DNA of 64,000 nt from Candidatus Micrarchaeota archaeon (lineage in GTDB: Archaea > Micrarchaeota > Micrarchaeia > Burarchaeales > Fermentimicrarchaeaceae). Positions 47,179 through 57,376 of the stretch are shown in pieces (positions within the stretch are counted from its first letter, which is position 1; every line of letters starts with the position of its first letter). Location of the stretch: contig JACCLG010000050.1 in NCBI GenBank assembly GCA_013425335.1, positions 17,532 to 81,531 on the forward strand, given 5' to 3'. The notes under the pieces are model-generated. The model did not search any database and was not told the DNA's origin. It saw nothing but the letters and a program-made list of their open reading frames with translations. The position numbers were made by a program, and so were the translations under genes.

Positions 47179-48075
47179 ATGTTTATCCTGGGAGCAGGGG
47201 CTATAGGGAGCTCATGCGGCGCGATGCTGTCAGGCAAGAATGATGTCACGCTTATTGGCGACAAGAAGCATGTTGATGCAATAAACGAAAAAGGGCTGGT
47301 TGTCAAGGGAGGGATGGAGGGCGTGCTGCGCATAAAGGCGGACACGCAGATAAGGGAAATTCCAGAGAACTCCCTGATAATCCTCACAACCAAGGTGCAT
47401 GACTCTCAGAAAGCTCTGGAGGGAGTTGCGAAGCTCCTGAGGGAGGATACAACCATACTCATATTGCAGAATGGGATTGGGAACGAGGAGCTTGTGAAAG
47501 CCGTTGTCGGGAACAAGCCGCACCTGGAGAGGGGCGTGCTGCACTTTGGGGCGGAATTCCTAAAGCCAGGCGAGGTCACAATAATGAAGGGCTGGGTTGT
47601 GCTCGGCAACACCGAAAAGAGTAGGGAAATTGCCAACCTGTTCAACGGGAGCGGGCTGGAGACAAGGCTGGTTGACGACTTGAAAAAGGATGTCTGGAAG
47701 AAGCTGGTGACAAACTGCGTGATAAACCCGCTCACCGCAATATTGGAGATTAGGGATTACGAGATTGTGGTGCCGAGTCTTGACAAACTGCGGCACGGCA
47801 TAGTGCACGAATGCATCCAAGTTGCAAGGGCTGAAGGGGTGGAGTTTGACGGGGGCTTTGCTGAAGCTGTGGACAAGGAGGTGGCAGGGCTTAAGAACTA
47901 CTCCTCCATGCACCAGGATTTGATGAAAGGAAAGAAGACGGAAATAGATTTTCTGAACGGGAAGATTGTTGAGATTGGGGAAAAGCATGCAATACCCACT
48001 CCCATGAATGAGGCGCTTGTCTGCATGATAAAATACCTGGAGGAAACACATGCTAGAAGGGTTGAAGGGAAATAG
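47179..48075 (+). CDS. panE: 2-dehydropantoate 2-reductase
   Basis: GAGAIG, LQNGIG, WKKLVTNCVINPLTA, SSMHQD, TEIDFLNG. Confidence 0.93.
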   Translation: MFILGAGAIGSSCGAMLSGKNDVTLIGDKKHVDAINEKGLVVKGGMEGVLRIKADTQIREIPENSLIILTTKVHDSQKALEGVAKLLREDTTILILQNGIGNEELVKAVVGNKPHLERGVLHFGAEFLKPGEVTIMKGWVVLGNTEKSREIANLFNGSGLETRLVDDLKKDVWKKLVTNCVINPLTAILEIRDYEIVVPSLDKLRHGIVHECIQVARAEGVEFDGGFAEAVDKEVAGLKNYSSMHQDLMKGKKTEIDFLNGKIVEIGEKHAIPTPMNEALVCMIKYLEETHARRVEGK

Positions 48076-48802
48076 GAAAGTCGTGATGCTCACTGCCTAC
48101 GACTACCAGGTTGCAAGGCTTGTTGAGCAGGCAGGAGTTGACCTGATTCTTGTCGGGGACAGCCTTGGCATGGTGGTGCTTGGTTACGAAAGCACAAAGC
48201 AGGTCACCATGCAAGAGATGCTGCACCACACGAGGGCAGTTGCAAGAGGGGCGAGGAATACCCCCATAATCGGGGATATGCCCATCGGCTCCTATGCCAC
48301 GCCCCAGTTGGCGGTTGAGAATGCAAGGAAGTTCATTGAAGTAGGCGCGAAGGGAGTGAAGGTTGAAGGGTGCGTGACAGATGTCATAGAAAGGCTGGTT
48401 TCAGACGGCATCCCTGTCATGGGGCACCTTGGGCTGCTCCCGCAGACTGCCGAGAGCTACAAGCTTGTTGGGAAGGGAGATGATGCAGAGAAGATATTCA
48501 GGGATGCCCAGACAGTTGACAAGCTTGGAGTTTTCTCCCTTGTTCTTGAATGCATGCCTGAGCAGCTTGCAAAGAAGATAACTGAGAATGTTAAAAGTAT
48601 AACCATAGGCATAGGGGCAGGCAAATACTGCGATGGCCAGGTGCTTGTCATCAATGATCTGCTTGGAATGGATGAAAGCTTCAAGCCCAAGTATGTGAAG
48701 AGGTATGCTAAGCTTTCAGAAGTTATAAAGAAAGCAGTTGTGGACTTCAGGGAAGAGGTTAAGGACGGAAGATTCCCGGATGATGCTCATTCTTTTCACT
48801 GA
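48050..48802 (+). CDS. panB: 3-methyl-2-oxobutanoate hydroxymethyltransferase
   Basis: MLTAYD, LVGDSLGM, VMGHLGLLPQ, IGIGAG..CDGQVLV. Confidence 0.96.
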   Translation: MLEGLKGNRKVVMLTAYDYQVARLVEQAGVDLILVGDSLGMVVLGYESTKQVTMQEMLHHTRAVARGARNTPIIGDMPIGSYATPQLAVENARKFIEVGAKGVKVEGCVTDVIERLVSDGIPVMGHLGLLPQTAESYKLVGKGDDAEKIFRDAQTVDKLGVFSLVLECMPEQLAKKITENVKSITIGIGAGKYCDGQVLVINDLLGMDESFKPKYVKRYAKLSEVIKKAVVDFREEVKDGRFPDDAHSFH

Positions 48803-49917
48803 AAGTTGGTTCTATGATAAAAAACAGATGATACGTCCTTTATCCCTGCATTGCTTCTTACGGAATTCCTCTTGAAATGAGTTCTTGAGACTTTAAACCC
48901 TTTCTGCCTTAGCTTTTCAATGAAACTCTCGAAATTCGGGGGAGATTTCCTCACTTTCTCGGCAACCTTGTGCAAGTCGAAGTATGTCGGGGGCATGCCC
49001 GCCTCCTCCTCCATTAGAGACAGAATTTCATCAATTTTGAGCTTGTTGCCGTAGTCCCTCTGGCGGTTTATCTCCCTCATGCATCCGAGGAACCTGGCGT
49101 TCCACAGCTCGCCAAGGAAAAGCGGGCCTGCGTGCATAAGTTTCCCGCCGCATTTCGGGCATTTCTCCTTCAGAAGAGGCGGGTTGAACCTCCACTCCCT
49201 ATGCAGGCATATTGGACAGTGGGAGATGTAACCCAGCTTCTTCATGCCTGCAACCGCTCCGTCGGCACCTGCCCTGAGCTTAACAAAAAGCTTGAAGAAA
49301 TGCTGGACCGACAGAGACAGGTAGAATTCCACTCCAAGGTTCAGGGTGGACGCCTGCCTTACAACTGCGCCTGCAAGTATCCTCACCCCAATCTCATGGC
49401 AGTACTCATTGTCAATTGGCGTTGCCCCATAGTTCTTCAGGCATGCTCTCGGATGGGCGCCGCAGAGAACAGCCGTGTCTGTTGCAGTCACAGAGAGCAT
49501 TCCTTCTTTTCTGAAAGATGCAAGCGCGCTCTGCAGGTAAGGAAGAGGAGTCCCGAAAGGGTCTATCTCAACCCAGTCAAACACCCTGTTGTGAAACAGA
49601 AAGTCATTTATGTGGCAGCAGTGCACCTTGTAGCTTTTCAGCTTGTTGAGCTTTGCATTCCTCCCGGCAAGCTTGCATGCATTCTCATCCATGTCAACGA
49701 ACTCAACTTTCCCGATACAGTCATTCTCTTTGCCGTACCTTATACCTCTCGCACCTGTAGCGCACAGCCCATCAACAAGATGCATCTTTCTTCCAAGCTC
49801 CCTGCAGTATGCTCCCACCGCTATGCTGGAGATGTCCCTGCAAAGCTCCATCTGAGGGTTGAAGAAGACCTTATCTGATAATACCAGCTCAGCCTTTCCT
49901 TCTTTCACTTTTTTCAT
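48796..49917 (-). CDS. trm1: tRNA (guanine26-N2)-dimethyltransferase
   Basis: VFFNPQM..RD, ATGARGIRY, IDPFGTP, TATD, zinc finger. Confidence 0.95.
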   Translation of the reverse strand: MKKVKEGKAELVLSDKVFFNPQMELCRDISSIAVGAYCRELGRKMHLVDGLCATGARGIRYGKENDCIGKVEFVDMDENACKLAGRNAKLNKLKSYKVHCCHINDFLFHNRVFDWVEIDPFGTPLPYLQSALASFRKEGMLSVTATDTAVLCGAHPRACLKNYGATPIDNEYCHEIGVRILAGAVVRQASTLNLGVEFYLSLSVQHFFKLFVKLRAGADGAVAGMKKLGYISHCPICLHREWRFNPPLLKEKCPKCGGKLMHAGPLFLGELWNARFLGCMREINRQRDYGNKLKIDEILSLMEEEAGMPPTYFDLHKVAEKVRKSPPNFESFIEKLRQKGFKVSRTHFKRNSVRSNAGIKDVSSVFYHRTNFQ

Positions 49918-49983
49918 AAACTCATATTTCGCTGTCCAATTTTATAATCTATCTTTTTATACTTCAAAAACCATAATTTATCC

Positions 49984-50478
49984 ATGGATCTTGGGTTCAA
50001 GTATGCAGAGCATAAGGAGAAAGAGGCCCGTTTTTCCGAGCTGGCCGACGATATAAGGGAGCTTGTTGAAGCGAATATGAACTGGAAGAATAATCCAAAG
50101 CCGTTCCTAAGAAAAGTTATGGAAAAAATAAACGAAAAATCAGAATCTTTGCTCACTTTTGGGGAGAGCGAGAAGAAGTTTGCTATTTTCCTTGAGGATG
50201 CAGTGAAGCAGGCTGCAAAAGCGCCAACTGCGAAGAACCCGGCAACTGTAAAAATTCTTGACCGGAACGTAGACAACGTGATGGACATGGAAAAGGAGAT
50301 ACTCACGGACATGGGAACGATAGCGCAGGTTATAACCCTCGCCAACAGGCAGAACATTCAGGGGCTCAGCAAGTTAATAGAGAAGCCAGATTCTCAAATA
50401 ATGGTCGATTTAACTATTTCACAAGGCGAGTGGGAGAAGATAGTGAGAGCTGATTTTAGAAGGAAAGTATTGGATTGA
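49984..50478 (+). CDS. Hypothetical protein
   Basis: 164-aa ORF with leaderless-type promoter. Confidence 0.6.
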   Translation: MDLGFKYAEHKEKEARFSELADDIRELVEANMNWKNNPKPFLRKVMEKINEKSESLLTFGESEKKFAIFLEDAVKQAAKAPTAKNPATVKILDRNVDNVMDMEKEILTDMGTIAQVITLANRQNIQGLSKLIEKPDSQIMVDLTISQGEWEKIVRADFRRKVLD

Positions 50479-50479
50479 C

Positions 50480-50890
50480 TCACTTCTCAAACTTCTTTCC
50501 CTGCTCCAATTTCCCTTCTATCATCTTGTTGAAGGCAAACTCCAAAACTCTTTTGAAAGCAGCCCTCTCGCTATCTCCGAGCTTCATCGCTATCTTTGTA
50601 TTGCCCTCCACGCTGAAGAACCCCTCATTGTAGCTTATCCTATTCTTCTTTTCCACATTCTCCAGAGTGGTGAATGTATGGAATGCGCTCCAGCTCTTGT
50701 TTTTCTCCAGAGCATCTGCAAGCCCAGCAACCTCATCCGCATCAAGCTTCACCCTGTTCTTGTTCACCTTGTCGCTGAGAGTCATGAAAAGCGCGCAGTC
50801 TCCTGACCTGCAGTCGCCAAGCGATATTGTAAGGGAAGTTGTTTTTTCCTCAGTTTGGTGTATAAACGAATGAATAACGCTCAAAGGCAT
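50480..50890 (-). CDS. Hypothetical protein, possibly Whirly/PC4-like fold
   Basis: Two beta-strand/helix repeats (KLDADEV..L, KLGDSER..F); directly follows the dCMP deaminase gene. Confidence 0.6.
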   Translation of the reverse strand: MPLSVIHSFIHQTEEKTTSLTISLGDCRSGDCALFMTLSDKVNKNRVKLDADEVAGLADALEKNKSWSAFHTFTTLENVEKKNRISYNEGFFSVEGNTKIAMKLGDSERAAFKRVLEFAFNKMIEGKLEQGKKFEK

Positions 50891-50894
50891 AATA

Positions 50895-51350
50895 TCACCT
50901 CTTTTTCGTTTTCAACTGGTCCATCTGGACTCCTGCCTGCTTGAAAAGCTCAAAAGCCTCCTTGTCTGCGTAATCCCCAGAATAAACAACCCTGTTTATA
51001 CCGGCGTTTATTATCATCTTGGCACATATCTTGCAGGGTATCCCGTTGACATACATTGTTGCATCCTTTGATGAAACTCCGTGAAGCGCGCACTGGATAA
51101 TTGCATTCTGCTCAGCATGAACTCCCCTGCATATCTCATGGTGAGTCCCGCTGGCTATGCCAAGCTCATCCCTTAAACAACCGAGCTCAAGGCAGTGCGG
51201 CAGTCCCTTGGGAGCTCCGTTATAGCCAGTTGCCAGCAGCCTCTTGTCTTTAACTATCACTGCTCCGAAATTGTGCCTCTTGCAGGTCGACCTCTCTGCA
51301 ACATCATTGCATATCTTCATGAAATATTCATCCCAAGAAGGCCTCGGCAT
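50895..51350 (-). CDS. dCMP deaminase (ComEB family)
   Basis: [27 protein letters not shown]. Confidence 0.93.
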   Translation of the reverse strand: MPRPSWDEYFMKICNDVAERSTCKRHNFGAVIVKDKRLLATGYNGAPKGLPHCLELGCLRDELGIASGTHHEICRGVHAEQNAIIQCALHGVSSKDATMYVNGIPCKICAKMIINAGINRVVYSGDYADKEAFELFKQAGVQMDQLKTKKR

Positions 51351-51458
51351 GGTTCACCTCTCTTACCTATTTGCAGGGAAACGAATTTAATACTTTTATG
51401 TTCTCTAAACAAGAATTCTAGTATTCCAGCAAAGAATTTAAATTATTAACACCAATTC

Positions 51459-52601
51459 ATGTATGGTGTTTTTCTGAGAAAACAAGTTCTTTTACTGGCT
51501 ATTCTCCTTCTCTGCTTGACCGCAAACGCAGCAAATCTCACCGTCTACTTCTTCTACTCCACAAGCTGCTCGCACTGCCATGCAGAGTCAGTATTCCTCA
51601 CGAGGATTGAACCAAAATACCCCTCTCTGGAAATAAAGAGTCTTCCTGTGGACATATCATCATCAAACGCAAAGCTCATGAAAGATTTCATGGAAGCTAA
51701 TAACGTCTCCTCCACGGCAGGAGTCCCGCAGACATACATAGGAAATTCAGTGGTGATTGGCTATGCTGGTGACGACACCACAGGCAAGCTCATTGAGCAG
51801 AGGATACAGGAATGCCTGCAGAGCGGATGCAACCAAACAGTCGCCACCACAGAGGAGTATGTATTTGAATATCCAATAATCGGAAGAGTAGACATCAGGA
51901 CTCTCTCCCTCCCTTTCCTCAGCTTTCTGCTCGGCTTACTTGACGGCTTCAACCCATGCGCAATGTGGGTGCTAATCTACCTCATAACAATGCTGGCAGG
52001 GACAAGAAGCAGGAGAAAGATGATACTTGTTGTGGGGACTTTTGTGCTTGTCTCAGGACTCTGGTATTTCCTCATACTGAGCGGCTGGCTGAAGCTGTGG
52101 GACATTATAGGGTTTACCGACATAACCCGCATCCTCATCGGCATCATTGCTGTTGTCGTGGGAATACTCAACCTCAAAGATTACATAACTCTGCCGGCAG
52201 CGGTCTGCAAGGTTACTGATGCGGCTTCCCAGAGTAGCATTATGAAAAAAATTGATGAAATAACAAAGCCCAGTGCAATGCCGGCAACCCTTCTGGGCAT
52301 AATCATCCTTGCAGTCACCGTGAACACAATAGAATTTGCCTGCTCAGCTGGCTTCCCTGCCACATTCACAAGAATCCTAGCCCTCAATAAACTGCCTTCG
52401 CTTGAATACTACTTCTACATTCTCATGTACATATTCTTTTACATGCTTGATGATATGATTCTTTTCAGCATTGCAGTGCTGACCCTCAGCTCAACTGACT
52501 TCTCCGCAAAATACGGCAAGTTCTCCCAGCTCATCGGCGGTGTTGTCCTGCTTGTACTCGGGTTGCTTCTTCTACTCATGCCGGGTGTCCTTAGCGGCTG
52601 A
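51459..52601 (+). CDS. Glutaredoxin-like domain fused to DsbD/CcdA-like membrane domain
   Basis: FYSTSCSHC, GVP; DGFNPCAMWVL; EFACSAGFP. Confidence 0.85.
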   Translation: MYGVFLRKQVLLLAILLLCLTANAANLTVYFFYSTSCSHCHAESVFLTRIEPKYPSLEIKSLPVDISSSNAKLMKDFMEANNVSSTAGVPQTYIGNSVVIGYAGDDTTGKLIEQRIQECLQSGCNQTVATTEEYVFEYPIIGRVDIRTLSLPFLSFLLGLLDGFNPCAMWVLIYLITMLAGTRSRRKMILVVGTFVLVSGLWYFLILSGWLKLWDIIGFTDITRILIGIIAVVVGILNLKDYITLPAAVCKVTDAASQSSIMKKIDEITKPSAMPATLLGIIILAVTVNTIEFACSAGFPATFTRILALNKLPSLEYYFYILMYIFFYMLDDMILFSIAVLTLSSTDFSAKYGKFSQLIGGVVLLVLGLLLLLMPGVLSG

Positions 52602-52653
52602 TTCACCCTTAAAGAATTTAAATGGTGGTTTCGAATTCATCAAAGGTGCTGTT

Positions 52654-53229
52654 TTGAGAAAAATTATGCTTCTGTCAATATTCCTGCTTTCACTGACAGC
52701 TCAGGCAGCAAATGTGACCTTATACCTCTTCTACTCAACAACATGCTCTCACTGCCATGCTGAGCTTCTTTTCCTTGACAATATCAGCACCCAATACCCA
52801 TGGCTTGACATAAAGAAATTCGCCGTTGATACTTCTGAAGAGGACTACGCCCTCATGAAGAGGTTCGCCAAGGCATACTCTGTTCCTGCCGATTACGGGG
52901 TTCCCCAGACATACATAGGCGATGAGGCATTGGTAGGCTACTGGAACTACAACACCCACGGCAAGCTCATCCAGGAGATGATAGAGAACTGCTCCAGAAC
53001 CGGATGCGCTGACCCGCTTGCAATTGTGCAGAGAAAGGAGAGCGGACAGGCTGTGAATACAACCTTTATTGAAAATAACCTTATGGAGTTACCTCTTGTA
53101 GGCATAGTAAATACAGGTTCCATCCCGCTTTCCTATGTAATAGTGGCAGTAGTAGTTGCTCTTCTGTTCCTCCTCCTTCTGCGGGCGTTCATAAAGAAAA
53201 TACTGAAATCTCGCAGGAGCCGCTCATAG
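52654..53229 (+). CDS. Membrane-anchored glutaredoxin/thioredoxin-like protein
   Basis: FYSTTCSHC, GVPQTYIG; paralog of the upstream gene's N-terminal domain; one C-terminal TM. Confidence 0.8.
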   Translation: MRKIMLLSIFLLSLTAQAANVTLYLFYSTTCSHCHAELLFLDNISTQYPWLDIKKFAVDTSEEDYALMKRFAKAYSVPADYGVPQTYIGDEALVGYWNYNTHGKLIQEMIENCSRTGCADPLAIVQRKESGQAVNTTFIENNLMELPLVGIVNTGSIPLSYVIVAVVVALLFLLLLRAFIKKILKSRRSRS

Positions 53230-54309
53230 AATCTTCTCAAGCATGGTAATAATATCCTCCTTTTTCATCTCCACCAAATTTGTCTCAAGGGTTGAGGCAA
53301 CCACGCCGTCTGCTATGAGCGGTATGTCATCCTTCTTGATTCCAAACTCGCTGAGCCTTGTCTTCAGCCCAATCTCCTTGAAAAGCTCCCTCATCTTCTC
53401 AGGCCCGTACAGCTGCGTTATCCTGTTTATCTTTTCGGAACGCAGGGCATTGAACTCCATCACTTCAGGCAAAGTTAATGAGCATGCATTCCCGTGTGCA
53501 ACCCCAAAATTGATTGTGAGCGGATAGGAAATTGCATGCGCAGCGCATGTCCATGCATTGCTTATCGCCATCCCTCCGAGCAGGCTTGCGAGCGACATCT
53601 CCTCCCTGGCATCCATATTCTCAGGCTCCTGGCACGCCTTCTTCAGGTTGTCGAAAATCAACTTTGCAGCCCTCAGTGCCAGGTAATCTGTTATTGGCTG
53701 CGCCTTCTTCGACCACAGCGCCTCAAGCGCATGCGCAAGAGCATCTACCCCAGTATTTGCGGTGAGCTCAGCAGGCATGCTCGCGGTGAGCTCTGGGTCG
53801 ACCACCGCAACCTTGGGGAAGAGCTGCCTGTTTCTGATGGGTGCCTTGAGTTTCTTCTCCTTGTCGGATATCACCGCAAAAGGGGTCACCTCGCTACCTG
53901 TGCCTGCAGTTGTGGGTATTGCTATGAGAGGCAGGCCCTTCTTTTCAATCCTCTTTTTCTGGAAGGCGTAATCATATGCTTTTCCTTTGTTGACCGCTAT
54001 GGAAGCCATGAGCTTTGCAGCATCTATTACGCTCCCGCCTCCAAGTGCTATGACGAGCTCGCATCCCTCCTTTTCAATTACCTCCACCCCGCCGTCGACA
54101 TTCTGGTGAGTGGGGTTGGGCTCAACATTGTCATACACTGAAACTTGAGCATTGCTGAGCTGCTTCTTTATCCTTCCCAACGGCTCTTCGCGGAATCTGC
54201 TCTTCCCAGTCACAAACAGTACCTTTTTCCTGTCCACATTCTCCCACACCCTGCTGAGGCTGCCTCTCCCGAAAATTATCTTCGTTGGCAGCTGGAATTC
54301 CCAACCCAT
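53224..54309 (-). CDS. Iron-containing alcohol dehydrogenase family protein
   Basis: GGGSVIDAAK, PTTAGTGSEVT, DALAHALE, HAISYP, HG. Confidence 0.93.
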   Translation of the reverse strand: MGWEFQLPTKIIFGRGSLSRVWENVDRKKVLFVTGKSRFREEPLGRIKKQLSNAQVSVYDNVEPNPTHQNVDGGVEVIEKEGCELVIALGGGSVIDAAKLMASIAVNKGKAYDYAFQKKRIEKKGLPLIAIPTTAGTGSEVTPFAVISDKEKKLKAPIRNRQLFPKVAVVDPELTASMPAELTANTGVDALAHALEALWSKKAQPITDYLALRAAKLIFDNLKKACQEPENMDAREEMSLASLLGGMAISNAWTCAAHAISYPLTINFGVAHGNACSLTLPEVMEFNALRSEKINRITQLYGPEKMRELFKEIGLKTRLSEFGIKKDDIPLIADGVVASTLETNLVEMKKEDIITMLEKIL

Positions 54310-54522
54310 TTACCTCTCCTCAAGCTTTTTTACCGCGTCAATGAGCCCGTGTGCATAATTTATGCATCCAAAAGCAGTCACATAATCCTTCTTGTCAAGG
54401 TAGAACTGCGCATCCCTGCAGTACCTGATTGCAAGCTCAACCACCTCGGGCGCGCCCTTCACTTCCTTAACGCTTTTATAGAACTGCTCTATGTCGTCCC
54501 TTATCCTCTTCTCCTCGTTCAT
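54310..54522 (-). CDS. DUF357 domain protein
   Basis: A.RY..DA.FY...D.VTAF..INYAHG.IDA. Confidence 0.85.
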   Translation of the reverse strand: MNEEKRIRDDIEQFYKSVKEVKGAPEVVELAIRYCRDAQFYLDKKDYVTAFGCINYAHGLIDAVKKLEER

Positions 54523-54560
54523 GGTAGGTATTTTAATTTTCTTTTATTTTAATCTATCCT

Positions 54561-55520
54561 ATGCATGACAGAGTGATACTGGGAGGGACGTTTGAAACCC
54601 TCCATGAGGGGCACAGGAAACTGCTCAGGCTTGCCATTTCCTCAGGGAGGAGGGTTTACATAGGTTTGACAAGCGACGAGTTCACCCGGGCGAACAAAAA
54701 ATACAGGTGTTCCTCATTCGCCTCTAGAAAACGAAGGATTAAGAAATTCCTTGGAAAAAATATGAAGAGAGCAGAGATATTCAAGCTCGATGACGTCTAC
54801 GGCCCGACCCTGGAGGGCAAGTTTGATGCAATAGTTGTCAGCGAGGAGACCAGGGAGAAGGCGGAGGAGATAAACCGGCTGAGAAGCATCAAAGGGCTGA
54901 AGCCGCTGACAATAATCACAATACCCCTTCTCCATGCGGATGATTTTAAGAAGCTATCATGCGAGAGGATAAGAATGGGCGAGGTGGATGAGCAGGGCAG
55001 GAGGAGCAAGCTGGTGCTTCTGGGGGTGGGCTCCACGAACCCGGCCAAGCTGAAAGGCATTGAGAAAATTGCAAGAAAGATATTCAAAAAGTTCAGAATA
55101 CGCGGCATCAAGGTTGCCTCAAGGATTCACGGCCAGCCGTTTGACAATGATACAGTTGCAGGTGCCGTGGAAAGGGCCAAGGTTGCTAAGAAAAAGCTCA
55201 GGGCAGACTATGGTATCGGGCTGGAGAGCGGGCTTTTCAGATTCGAAGGAAGATACTTCGACTGCCTGGTTTGCGCGGTATACGACGGTGAAGTAATCAC
55301 AATTGGCTACAGCATGGCATTTGAAATTCCCAATGAGCTGGGCGAAGAGATGAGGAAAACCGGGAAAACCATGAGCCGGCTTTTCGCAAAGCTCAGCGGA
55401 GTTGCAGACATAGGCAAAAAGAAGGGGGCAATAGGCTACCTCTCCAACGGTCTGGCCGAGAGAAGCCAGATGAGCGAGCAGGCTTTCCTCTGCGCCATGA
55501 TACCGCGAATTAACCCGTGA
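54561..55520 (+). CDS. coaD: Bifunctional phosphopantetheine adenylyltransferase / YjjX-type ITPase-XTPase
   Basis: GGTFETLHEGH, VVSEET, then GSTNPAK, QP, GLESG, GAIG.LS. Confidence 0.85.
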   Translation: MHDRVILGGTFETLHEGHRKLLRLAISSGRRVYIGLTSDEFTRANKKYRCSSFASRKRRIKKFLGKNMKRAEIFKLDDVYGPTLEGKFDAIVVSEETREKAEEINRLRSIKGLKPLTIITIPLLHADDFKKLSCERIRMGEVDEQGRRSKLVLLGVGSTNPAKLKGIEKIARKIFKKFRIRGIKVASRIHGQPFDNDTVAGAVERAKVAKKKLRADYGIGLESGLFRFEGRYFDCLVCAVYDGEVITIGYSMAFEIPNELGEEMRKTGKTMSRLFAKLSGVADIGKKKGAIGYLSNGLAERSQMSEQAFLCAMIPRINP

Positions 55521-55592
55521 ATTGACGGAATGAAAGTAATAAATACCCCTGGATGCACATACAACAATATAAAATAAAGAAGGTGATTGGAT

Positions 55593-56234
55593 ATGGCAGA
55601 CGTTACTATGCCGCCTGGCGCTCTATCATTTCAGGAGCAGCTTGACTTGATGATAGATGACATTGACAGGTCAATAGCAGGAAAATATGTTTTCACACTG
55701 CGCGACCTGCTTGAGAATCCGGATGATTACGCTGAAACTTCGGATATTGACAAGGAGATTGACAAACTCAAGGGGGATGTGAACGCATACTTTGATGACA
55801 TGATTTCAGGCGCTTCAGAGCAGGTGGCCAAATACAAGGACGACGCAATGAAGTCGACGAGGCTGGCGGAGAAATTCGAGGGAGTCCTGAAGGACAAGGT
55901 CAAGAGCGCGAAGAAGCCCTTCGTTTCACCGTTCTACTTCGTAAGGAAAGAGGATGAGGATGAGGTAATATTCATTGACAACTATGACACCGCATACGAA
56001 GCGCTTGTGGACGAGCTGCTGAAATCCACAATGTTCGTTGTAAATGCAAGCATAGAAGTCGACACATTCAAGATGGGCCGCTGGGTTTTCGTCGGAGAGA
56101 ACAAGAACATGGGCATCTCCATATTCTTCCCGGTGAACCCCGTAGGGGTTCTGGAATTGGCGAAGGACCAGCTGGCAACTGCCCTGGACGGGGTAAAACT
56201 CGACCTGGAAGCATCGGGAAAAACCAGGGCGTAG
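55593..56234 (+). CDS. Hypothetical acidic protein
   Basis: AGGTGA RBS; long ORF. Confidence 0.7.
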   Translation: MADVTMPPGALSFQEQLDLMIDDIDRSIAGKYVFTLRDLLENPDDYAETSDIDKEIDKLKGDVNAYFDDMISGASEQVAKYKDDAMKSTRLAEKFEGVLKDKVKSAKKPFVSPFYFVRKEDEDEVIFIDNYDTAYEALVDELLKSTMFVVNASIEVDTFKMGRWVFVGENKNMGISIFFPVNPVGVLELAKDQLATALDGVKLDLEASGKTRA

Positions 56235-57362
56235 TCACTCCTTAAAAATGAACTTGTCTATCTCCTTCTTAGCTTTCTCTCTTTTTTCTTGGTGTTGCTT
56301 CAGGAAAGCATTAATCTTTTCGATAAGTACTGCTTTCAGCTCTCCGGTAAGCATCTTCCCAGACTTGTAGTCTTCGTATATTTCCTTCAGCTTTCTGTCA
56401 TCTTCCTCAAAGAATGTCAGCCACCTGTAAGATACGTCAACAGCAGGGTTTCCGCCCTTCCTTCTTTGCTCTTCAACCGTGGCCTGGCCTCCTGAGAATG
56501 CATACTTGTTTATCTTCTCCCTCACAACTGCCGGGGAGTCCGTTGTGAAAATTGCCGTATGCTGCTCTGAGGACGACATCTTGCCCTGCTCCATCATTCC
56601 CCCCAGCCCAGGCAGGAACATGTCGTGTATAGCTGCAGGCTTGTAATAGCCGAGCTTGGGCAGCACATCCCTGGACACCCTGAAGTGGGCATCCTGGTCT
56701 ATGGCATGAGGGATGAGGCAGGGTATGTTCCTTCCCTCCAAAACCGACGGCAGGAAGGCTGGAACAGACTGCATCGCGGTATAAAATATCGAGCCTATGT
56801 TGGTCTCATTGTCAAAGCCGAAAACCGCCTTTGCGGTTGAGAACGTTATCTTTTTGGCTACCCTGCACGCTTCCTTGTACATCAGATTTGCATGAACAGT
56901 GTCAATTATGAAATGTGTCCTTTTCTGGTCGAACCCCAGCGCTATTACATCCAACGCATTTTCATAAGTCCATTTCTTCGTATCCTCAAGAGTCAGTTCA
57001 TCCTTGAACAAGAACTTCTCCTCATCCGGGAACTGGAACCATAGCTCCACATTAAACTTGTCCTGCAGCCATTTCGTGAACATCCACGTAGCTACATGGC
57101 CCATATGCACCGGGCCTGAGGGAGACCTGCCCGTGTACAGGAAGAACTTGTTGCCCTTGTCGTACTCATCCAGCACCCAGTCCAAATCCCTATGTGAGAA
57201 GAAGATGCCCCTCCTCAGGAAATGGCTCAAAGTCCCGGTGTGCTTCCTTATCCTTTCTAGCAAGGTCGGGTCTATCCTTTTCGTCCCGAATTCCTTTATG
57301 AGCTTGTCATAGTCAACCTCCCCGCTGACTTCCCAGGGGGTGACTGTGAATTTATTCTGCAT
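56235..57362 (-). CDS. trpS: Tryptophan--tRNA ligase
   Basis: VTPWEV, YTGRSPSG.VHMGH, AIDQD, KMSSS. Confidence 0.96.
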   Translation of the reverse strand: MQNKFTVTPWEVSGEVDYDKLIKEFGTKRIDPTLLERIRKHTGTLSHFLRRGIFFSHRDLDWVLDEYDKGNKFFLYTGRSPSGPVHMGHVATWMFTKWLQDKFNVELWFQFPDEEKFLFKDELTLEDTKKWTYENALDVIALGFDQKRTHFIIDTVHANLMYKEACRVAKKITFSTAKAVFGFDNETNIGSIFYTAMQSVPAFLPSVLEGRNIPCLIPHAIDQDAHFRVSRDVLPKLGYYKPAAIHDMFLPGLGGMMEQGKMSSSEQHTAIFTTDSPAVVREKINKYAFSGGQATVEEQRRKGGNPAVDVSYRWLTFFEEDDRKLKEIYEDYKSGKMLTGELKAVLIEKINAFLKQHQEKREKAKKEIDKFIFKE

Positions 57363-57376
57363 TTTCAATCCACTCT

